Assembly: GCF_963530955.1 (NCBI RefSeq)
Contig: NZ_CAUSFQ010000001.1
Location: 1 to 57,879 of the forward strand
DNA: 57,879 nucleotides
Origin: Lancefieldella parvula
GTDB lineage: Bacteria; Actinomycetota; Coriobacteriia; Coriobacteriales; Atopobiaceae
Direction of reading: 5' to 3'
The notes beneath the pieces were generated by a model. The model was given only the letters and a program-made list of their open reading frames with translations. It was not told where the DNA came from and searched no databases. Each line of letters opens with the position of its first letter. Position 1 is the stretch's first letter. Shown here in pieces: positions 48,502 through 57,879 of this stretch. Both the position numbers and the translations under genes were made by a program.

Positions 48502-51500
48502 ATGCCCCGCGCTCTTTTTACCGAGATTACTCGGACCATCAAAGGGTCTCTCGCCAGATTTCTTGCAATTGCAGGAATTGTGGCGTTGGGCTGCGGCTTC
48601 TTTGCGGGACTCAAAATGGCAAGCCCTGACATGCAAGAAGCGGCTCATGCGTTTTATGCAAACCAGCATCTTTATGACCTTCGCGTCATCTCAACGCTTG
48701 GATTAAGCGAGAAGGACGTTTCTGCCCTGGCGTCAGTTGAGGGTGTTGAAACGGTTATGCCTTCTCGTACGGTAGACGTTATGGCTACACTGACATCTTC
48801 GCAATCTACTGCTCGTGTGAGTTCTTTTAGACCTGGTGAGCTTAATCAACCAACAGTTGTGGAGGGAAGGCTTCCTCAACGGCCTTACGAGTGTGTGATG
48901 AGCGCGGATCCCAAGAAACGTGCAGATATTAGCCTTGGTCAACAGATTGAGCTGCCAGACACTTCAAACGGCGTTCATTTAAAGGGTGGTTCGTACACGG
49001 TTGTTGGTTTTGTAAATGCACCAACATATCCGTATGTAAGCAATTTTGGTACTACATCGTTAGGCAATGGCATTGTCCAGCAATTTGTGTATGTCACGGA
49101 AGATGCTTTTGCAAATGATGACCCTTATACCGAAGTGTATGTGACAGTTCAGGGTGCTACCAGTTATAAAAGCGGCTCATCAGACTATCAGAGTGCCGTT
49201 GATAGCGTTGCAGAACGCATCAAGCAAATGAATCCATCGCTAGCAACTCTTCGCTTACAAGAGCTCAAAGATGACGCTCAGACTCAAGTTGATGAGGCTC
49301 GTCAAAAGCTGGAGCAATCAAGGCAGGAAGCCGCAGATAAACTAGGGGATGCTCAAAAGAAGCTTGATGACGCGGAAGCGCAGATTTCCGCTCAACAGCA
49401 AAAACTGGCTGATAGTCAGCGTCAATATGATGCGGGACGTCAGCAGCTTACAGCTTCTCGCTACAGTGCTGAGCGGCAATTTGCACAAGCGGAAGCTCAG
49501 ATTACTGCCTCAGAGGCTCAGATAGCTCAGGGTACAGCTGAGCTCAGTGCAGGAGAGGCCCAGTATCAGGCTGGTCTTGCTGCCTATAATGCAGGACAAG
49601 CAACGTTTACACAGCAAAAGAGTGCGTTTGAAGCGGGTAGAGATGCGTATCTTGCGGGGCTTGCTGCGCAAGGCATCACCGCTTCAAGTCTTGAAGAAGC
49701 GCAGCAACGACTCAGCGCTTTAGGTCTGGCAACTACGCAAGTAGACGCCCTTCTCGCCACACAAGCGCAGATTACGGCTGCAGAGACAGAATTGGCTACC
49801 CAGCAGCAGACTCTTGCGGCTGCGAGGGAAGAGCTTGATCAGCGCACAGCTCAACTGCATGAGGCAGAGTCACAAGTGGCTCAGACGCGTCAGGATTTGA
49901 GTGAGGCGAGAAGTGCTGCTGCAGATCAGCTGTCTGCGGCTCAAGAAAAACTTGCTGCGTCGCTTAGTCGCCTGAGCGCAGGACAAACAGCCCTCCAAAG
50001 TGCAGAAGCTCAGACTAACGAGGGAAGACAGAGTCTTGAGGAGCAACGCACTGAGGTTGAGAAACAACTTGCTGACGGTCAGAAAGAGCTTGATGAAGCT
50101 CAGAAGAAGATTGATGAGCTTAAAGAACCTGATGTGTATGTACTTGATCGCACAAAAGAGATTGGTGTTGCAGCTTATCAAGCAGACTCTGAGCGTATCA
50201 ATGATATTGCTAATGTATTCCCGCTGATGTTCTTCTTGGTTGCAGCTCTGGTTTCACTTACCAGTATGACGCGTATGGTTTCTGAAGAGCGTACACTTAT
50301 TGGTGTTCATAAGGCGCTTGGTTATTCAACCGCTCAGATTGCGGCAAAGTACCTGTTATATGCCTTGCTCGCCTCACTTTTGGGTGCTGTTATTGGCATA
50401 GCATGTTTAAGTCAAGTGTTGCCAGGCGTTATTATCTCTGCATACGGGTCAATTTATACCATTCCAAATGGGGGAGCTCCTTATTCTATTCAGCTTGACA
50501 GTGTACTACTCTCTGGACTTTCCGGTATAGGCATCACGCTTCTTTCAACCATGGCTGCCGTTTTATCCTCATTGAAAGAAGAACCATCTAGCCTCATGCT
50601 TCCAAAAGCTCCAAAAGCGGGCTCAAAGATTTTGCTTGAGCGCGTTGAGCCTCTATGGTCCAGATTGTCTTTCTCGTGGAAAGTTACAATCAGAAACCTT
50701 GTCCGCTATAAGCGACGCTTGATTATGACGCTGGTAGGAATTGCTGGATGTACTGCGCTTTTATTGGTGGCTTTTGGTCTTAGAGATTCCATTAGCGACA
50801 TCATTGATAACCAATGGCCAGCTATTTCGCATTATGACTACATAGTGGGAATGACTTCTGATGTTTCTGAGGAAGAAGCAAATCAGATTAATGCAGAGCT
50901 TAATCAGGTGGGCGCTACAAATATCCGCCGCATAACCAGAGAAAACGTTCTTCTTGAGTCTTCTACACAAAAGGCAGGCTCACTGACAAGAACAACTATT
51001 ATGACCAGTGATTCTCTTCAAGACCTCACGGGTTTAGCTACCCTGCGCAATCGTCTTTCTGGTCAAACAATAGAGCTTGGAGAAGATTCGGTTGTAATTA
51101 CAGAAAAGCTTGCAAAACGGCTTGGGGTAGGCGTGGGAGATACCATTCAGGTCTATGCTCAAGACAGAATCGGAAACGCTTCTGGCGAGCCAAGTACGCT
51201 TACTATTACAGGAGTTGCCGAGAATTACGTTGGGTCGTATCTGTATCTGGGACCTTCAGCATGGCATTCTCTAGGTATTCAAGATCAAGCAGCGGACGGC
51301 TGGTATGCAACGCTTCCCGAAGATCAAGCAACGAGAGAGGCATTTGGAGAAAAGCTTATTAACCAGACAGGAGTTGCAACTGTTGATGACGTCAATGAAG
51401 CTATCCGCACCTATAGAGAATCACTTGCCGTAGTTAATCGTGTTGTAGCTATTCTTATTGTGGCTGCAGCTCTGCTGGCATTTATCGTCTTGTATAACCT

Positions 51501-51834
51501 CACCAATATCAATATTGAAGAGCGCATTAGAGAAATTGCAAGCCTCAAAGTACTTGGATTTACGCGTCATGAAGTTGATGCCTATGTCTTTAGAGAGATT
51601 GCTTTGTTGGCCATCTTTGGAGCGTTTTTTGGACTTGTTCTAGGAACATACCTTGAGGGATTTGTAGTTCAAACTGCTGAGATTGACCTTGTTATGTTTG
51701 GTCGAGCTATCCATGCACCAAGCTATTGGTTTGCCTTTGGACTCACGCTTGTCTTCTCGCTGTTGGTATATGTTGCCATGCGACCTAAGCTCAAAAATAT
51801 TGATATGGTTGAGAGCTTGAAGAGCGTCGAGTAG
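48502..51834 (+). CDS. FtsX-like ABC permease with long coiled-coil ectodomain
   Basis: Two FtsX-like TM blocks, Q/A/E-rich heptads, IDMVESLKSVE C-terminus. Confidence 0.9.
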   Translation: MPRALFTEITRTIKGSLARFLAIAGIVALGCGFFAGLKMASPDMQEAAHAFYANQHLYDLRVISTLGLSEKDVSALASVEGVETVMPSRTVDVMATLTSSQSTARVSSFRPGELNQPTVVEGRLPQRPYECVMSADPKKRADISLGQQIELPDTSNGVHLKGGSYTVVGFVNAPTYPYVSNFGTTSLGNGIVQQFVYVTEDAFANDDPYTEVYVTVQGATSYKSGSSDYQSAVDSVAERIKQMNPSLATLRLQELKDDAQTQVDEARQKLEQSRQEAADKLGDAQKKLDDAEAQISAQQQKLADSQRQYDAGRQQLTASRYSAERQFAQAEAQITASEAQIAQGTAELSAGEAQYQAGLAAYNAGQATFTQQKSAFEAGRDAYLAGLAAQGITASSLEEAQQRLSALGLATTQVDALLATQAQITAAETELATQQQTLAAAREELDQRTAQLHEAESQVAQTRQDLSEARSAAADQLSAAQEKLAASLSRLSAGQTALQSAEAQTNEGRQSLEEQRTEVEKQLADGQKELDEAQKKIDELKEPDVYVLDRTKEIGVAAYQADSERINDIANVFPLMFFLVAALVSLTSMTRMVSEERTLIGVHKALGYSTAQIAAKYLLYALLASLLGAVIGIACLSQVLPGVIISAYGSIYTIPNGGAPYSIQLDSVLLSGLSGIGITLLSTMAAVLSSLKEEPSSLMLPKAPKAGSKILLERVEPLWSRLSFSWKVTIRNLVRYKRRLIMTLVGIAGCTALLLVAFGLRDSISDIIDNQWPAISHYDYIVGMTSDVSEEEANQINAELNQVGATNIRRITRENVLLESSTQKAGSLTRTTIMTSDSLQDLTGLATLRNRLSGQTIELGEDSVVITEKLAKRLGVGVGDTIQVYAQDRIGNASGEPSTLTITGVAENYVGSYLYLGPSAWHSLGIQDQAADGWYATLPEDQATREAFGEKLINQTGVATVDDVNEAIRTYRESLAVVNRVVAILIVAAALLAFIVLYNLTNINIEERIREIASLKVLGFTRHEVDAYVFREIALLAIFGAFFGLVLGTYLEGFVVQTAEIDLVMFGRAIHAPSYWFAFGLTLVFSLLVYVAMRPKLKNIDMVESLKSVE

Positions 51835-51914
51835 ACATCTTTTGCCCGCCCAAGAGAGGCATATTTTAGATAAGATAGAAGATAGTTGAGATTGCTTATT
51901 TATAAGGAGTTGGT

Positions 51915-54900
51915 ATGCCTAAGGTTTCTTTTGTAATTCCTGCATACAACATCGAATCATACATTGGGCGTTGTATTCAAAGTGTAAAGAATCAGACATT
52001 TGGTGATTTTGAAGCAATTATTGTTGATGACGCCTCAACAGATTCCACTCCAGAGAAAATTGTTACAGCAGTAGGTGATGACTCAAGGTTCAAGGTTGTC
52101 ACTCATCCAACCAATCAAGGCCTCCATCTGGCACGTAAAACTGCTGCAGCTCATACAAAAGGTGAGTGGGTCTTTTGCCTAGACGGTGATGATGAGGTTA
52201 CTTCTGATTTTCTTGAGCAGGTAGTTGCTCGTATTGATCAGAACCCTGTTGATATTCTTCACCTTGGCATTACTGTTATTCCAGAAAATGGCGTTGATCC
52301 AACTGATGCAAAGTCTTTTGAGAGCTACATTAACCAACAATCAGACTTTACTCAGGGTGACGATATCCTTCGCATTATTTATGATGAAGGCTATGGACAG
52401 AAGCTTGATTGGCGAGCTACGCAACGCTTGTATCGCGGAGAACTTTTCCGCTCTGCCTTTGCAGAGATGACTTCGGAGCGCCTGGTAAGAGCAGAAGATG
52501 CCTATGAGGTATTTATCCTGGCAGATAAGGCTCAGACCGCCGATGGCTTTGAGTTTTGCAGAGGGTTTTTGTACCACTATGGTATTGGTGTAACTGGCGC
52601 TTCTCGTATTTCTTTAGATAAATTTGGAGAGTTCTGCTATCAGTTCTTGGACAACATTGACCAGGTAGAACTCTATATTGGCAAATCAGATAACATTGCG
52701 CATCTCAATTCGTTTAGGGGCATGAAGCATAGATTGTTGGAGCTTCTGAGTGCTGAGTGGAGATTCCGTCTTGCTCCTGAAGATCAAGAGACAGCCCTTG
52801 AGCCGTTTGCCATTCTCTTTGGACCATCGGTAGCTGCTCGAGAGCTTTATCGTTTTGTAAGAGATGAAGCATACGAGGCCATTGCCACTGATACTGAGCT
52901 TCCAGAAGACAGCGATGCATATCGCTTTAGAAAGTATGCAAAGAAGTATGCTGATCTGATGAATCAAGATGAGGGGCTGTCGTTTGATAGGGCAGTTCGC
53001 ATGAAACAGATTGCCGATGAGCACATGGAGTATCTAGAGAGAAAGCACATGGTAAAGATGTTTGAGCAGCAGCCTATTCGCATCCTGATTACTTCTCATA
53101 AAGATGTTGATGTTCCCGCAAGTAAGTACCTTCAGCCTATTCAGGTAGGACCAGGCCAGAAGACCAATCGCTTTACGTATATGCTCCATGACGATGAGGG
53201 CGATACCATTACCGAGAAAAACCCCATGTACTGTGAGATGACTACACAGTATTGTGCATGGAAGAACATCACCAATGCTCGCTATGTTGGCTTTGGTCAT
53301 TATCGTCGCTACTTCAACTTTCCCGATACGGTATATCCAGAAAATCCGTTTGGTGAGGTTATGGATGACTTCATTGATGAGGATGCTATCAAGAAATATG
53401 GTCTTGATGATCAGACCATAGCTCAGTGCATTGAGGGCTATGACCTCATTACTACTGGGGTAAAGGATATTCGTAAATTCCCCGGAAGCGCTAACACACC
53501 TCTTGAGCAGTACCATTCCGCTCCGCTGCTTCATCCAAAGGATATGGATACTATTGCTGCGCTTATCATTGAGCGTCATCCAGAGTATGCAGAGGACGTA
53601 AACGCTTTTCTCAACGGTCATCAGCAGTGCTTCTGCAACATGTATATAATGCGTAAAGAGCTCTTTGATCGCTATGCAGCATGGGTGTTCCCACTTGTTG
53701 ACGAGTGGACTGCCCGTACTGATATGTCCACCTATAGCAAAGAGGCCCTAAGAACCCCAGGTCATCTGACTGAGCGCCTTTTTAATATCTGGCGTATGCA
53801 TATGCTGCGTACAGAGGGCAAAAATTGGAAGGTAAAAGAGCTTCAATGCATTCACTTTACTAATCCAGAGCCTCGTCAGAAGTTTATTCCTCTCTTTGAA
53901 GAGAAGCCTGAGATTGCAAGCCAGAACGTTGTTCCTGTTGTTTTTGCAGCAGACAACAACTATGTTCCAATTCTTACCTGCGCTATGGGCTCAATGCTTG
54001 AAAACGCCGATCCTAACCGTTTCTACGATGTGGTCGTTCTCAACACCAATATTGGCGGATCAAAGCAGGAGCTGGTTAAGAAGCACTTCTCGCGTTATAA
54101 GAATGCTCGTATTACGTTCTATAACGTGTGGCGCATGGTCAAAGACTACAAGCTAGACACTAATAACGCTCATATTAGTGTTGAAACGTACTTCCGCTTC
54201 TTGGCTCAAGACATTCTTTCTGCTTACGATAAGGTTGTCTATCTTGACTCTGACCTTGTGGTTAACGGTAATGTTGCAGAACTGTATGACGTAAGAATGG
54301 GCAATAATCTTATTGCGGCAACGCTTGATATTGACTATCTAGCAAACCTCAACATTCGCGGCGGAGACCGTATGAAGTACAGCCTTGACGTGCTTAATCT
54401 TAAGAATCCTTATGCCTACTTCCAGGCAGGAGTTATGGTCTTCAATACTGCTGAGCTGCGCCGTTATCACACTGTTCCGGAGTGGTTACGTATTGCAACC
54501 AATCCGATCTTTATCTACAACGATCAAGATATTCTGAATAGCGAGTGCCAGGGTCGTGTTGTCTATCTACCAGCTGACTGGAACGTTACGCACAACATTT
54601 TTGGTCGTGCCGAGAAACTCTATCCAATGGCACCAAACAGCGTTTTTGATGATTATCAAGCAACCCGCCGCTCACCAAAGATTGTTCACTTTGCCGGTGC
54701 TATTAAGCCTTGGCAGAACGCCAGCTGCGACATGGCTTCCTATTTCTGGAAGTACGCGCGTAATACCCCGTTCTATGAGGTCATTATTCAGGACATGGTG
54801 CCAGGCGCCAGAAATGACGCAGATGTCACGGAGTTCCACGAGCGCGCTCTTTCTGATGCAAGTCCTCTGCGCAAGATTATTGACCCTCTTGCACCATATG

Positions 54901-54959
54901 GTAGTGCAAGGCGAGAAGCCCTTAAGGCCCTTGGTAGAACCTTAAGAGGACGCAAATAA
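51915..54959 (+). CDS. Three-domain glycosyltransferase: GT2 + DUF4422 (GT111) + GT8
   Basis: VSFVIPAYN/DDASTD/LDGDD; NPMYCEMT...GHYRRYF; YLDSD, YFQAGV, DQDILN, HFAGAIKPW. Confidence 0.85.
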   Translation: MPKVSFVIPAYNIESYIGRCIQSVKNQTFGDFEAIIVDDASTDSTPEKIVTAVGDDSRFKVVTHPTNQGLHLARKTAAAHTKGEWVFCLDGDDEVTSDFLEQVVARIDQNPVDILHLGITVIPENGVDPTDAKSFESYINQQSDFTQGDDILRIIYDEGYGQKLDWRATQRLYRGELFRSAFAEMTSERLVRAEDAYEVFILADKAQTADGFEFCRGFLYHYGIGVTGASRISLDKFGEFCYQFLDNIDQVELYIGKSDNIAHLNSFRGMKHRLLELLSAEWRFRLAPEDQETALEPFAILFGPSVAARELYRFVRDEAYEAIATDTELPEDSDAYRFRKYAKKYADLMNQDEGLSFDRAVRMKQIADEHMEYLERKHMVKMFEQQPIRILITSHKDVDVPASKYLQPIQVGPGQKTNRFTYMLHDDEGDTITEKNPMYCEMTTQYCAWKNITNARYVGFGHYRRYFNFPDTVYPENPFGEVMDDFIDEDAIKKYGLDDQTIAQCIEGYDLITTGVKDIRKFPGSANTPLEQYHSAPLLHPKDMDTIAALIIERHPEYAEDVNAFLNGHQQCFCNMYIMRKELFDRYAAWVFPLVDEWTARTDMSTYSKEALRTPGHLTERLFNIWRMHMLRTEGKNWKVKELQCIHFTNPEPRQKFIPLFEEKPEIASQNVVPVVFAADNNYVPILTCAMGSMLENADPNRFYDVVVLNTNIGGSKQELVKKHFSRYKNARITFYNVWRMVKDYKLDTNNAHISVETYFRFLAQDILSAYDKVVYLDSDLVVNGNVAELYDVRMGNNLIAATLDIDYLANLNIRGGDRMKYSLDVLNLKNPYAYFQAGVMVFNTAELRRYHTVPEWLRIATNPIFIYNDQDILNSECQGRVVYLPADWNVTHNIFGRAEKLYPMAPNSVFDDYQATRRSPKIVHFAGAIKPWQNASCDMASYFWKYARNTPFYEVIIQDMVPGARNDADVTEFHERALSDASPLRKIIDPLAPYGSARREALKALGRTLRGRK

Positions 54960-57131
<2,172 letters not shown>

Positions 57132-57201
57132 ATGTGTATGTTCAGTAACAAAGTGATGATTTATAATGCCTTGTTACTATCAGTAAAAAGGAGACGACCA
57201 A

Positions 57202-57384
57202 ATGAAACTAATAAAAAACAAGTATGTTTCTCTTGGAATGATGTTTTTGATTTTAGCAATCATCCTGAATGTGGCATCAAACGTTAATGATCTATTTGTT
57301 GGTATGCTCTATGGCATATCCCTAGGAGTATTGATTTTAGGATTGCTTACTACTCAAAGAAGTTTGCGTTTATGTAATCGATAA
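57202..57384 (+). CDS. Small AT-rich 2-TM hypothetical protein
   Basis: AAGGAG RBS; two hydrophobic helices. Confidence 0.55.
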   Translation: MKLIKNKYVSLGMMFLILAIILNVASNVNDLFVGMLYGISLGVLILGLLTTQRSLRLCNR

Positions 57385-57404
57385 TCTCTTTAAAAGGAAC
57401 AGGT

Positions 57405-57773
57405 ATGGTAGATAAAAACATTTTGGTTCTTTGTTATTCTCGCTGCACTACGTGTAAGAGAGCTCTCAAATGGCTTGATGAGCATGGTGTTTCTTATACA
57501 CTGCGTGATATTAAAGAGGAGAATCCAACTGCTGAAGAGCTTGCTGAATGGCACAAACTGAGCGGTCTTTCTATCAGAAAGTTCTTCAATACTTCAGGTA
57601 TGGTGTATCGCGATAATAACATCAAGGAGCAGCTTGATGCAGGTATGAGCGATAGTGACGCCTATAATTTGCTTGCTACCACAGGCATGCTGGTCAAGCG
57701 CCCATTGGTTGTTGCAGGCAATACCATTCTTCTTGGATTTAAAGAGCCTGCATGGGAAGAAACACTTCTGTAG
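57405..57773 (+). CDS. ArsC/Spx family protein (YusI-like)
   Basis: CTTCKRA, FNTSG..YR, MLVKRP. Confidence 0.9.
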   Translation: MVDKNILVLCYSRCTTCKRALKWLDEHGVSYTLRDIKEENPTAEELAEWHKLSGLSIRKFFNTSGMVYRDNNIKEQLDAGMSDSDAYNLLATTGMLVKRPLVVAGNTILLGFKEPAWEETLL

Positions 57774-57837
57774 AACCAGCTTCTTCAGCATGCATCAGTT
57801 TGTAGATAAGCGTTAGCAAAAAGGCGACTACTAAGTG

Positions 57838-57879
57838 AACTGCCTCCCATTTCTTATGTCCAAGAAATGGGAGGCAGTT
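57838..57879. repeat. Perfect 18-bp inverted repeat at window end (terminator or REP-like)
   Basis: AACTGCCTCCCATTTCTT-atgtcc-AAGAAATGGGAGGCAGTT. Confidence 0.75.

Overview
Chromosomal core region of an anaerobic actinobacterium. Protein sequences and gene order suggest Coriobacteriia, probably Atopobiaceae (Lancefieldella/Atopobium-like); this is inference only. The window holds the 3' part of rpoC, with an unusual C-terminal alpha-CTD-like domain. An accessory block then sits between rpoC and rpsL: an ArsR/SmtB metal sensor, hypB, a 1001-aa Fe-S flavoprotein and hypA with no hydrogenase or urease in the window, followed by a duplicated rpsL-leader segment, a divergent arsR 3' fragment, a GNAT and an AT-rich CPBP protease. 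Next come the str/S10/spc/alpha ribosomal cluster (no tuf; rpsJ separated from rplC by a terminator, a 31-bp-period repeat element and a LMW phosphatase), an ECF transporter, truA and cell-wall glycan genes. The rest comprises nrdDG with NrdR boxes, metabolic genes, a DJ-1/Y-family polymerase/YolD cassette, an ABC exporter, a GT2-DUF4422-GT8 fusion, ligA and an ArsC/Spx-family gene. No rRNA, tRNA, CRISPR array, integrase or transposase was recognised. Best candidates for novelty are the hydrogenase-less hypB-flavoprotein-hypA operon, a covarying RNA-like motif upstream of rpsL, rplC and rplB, the RpoC C-terminal domain, and the two-module repeat element. All calls were made by eye, without database searches.
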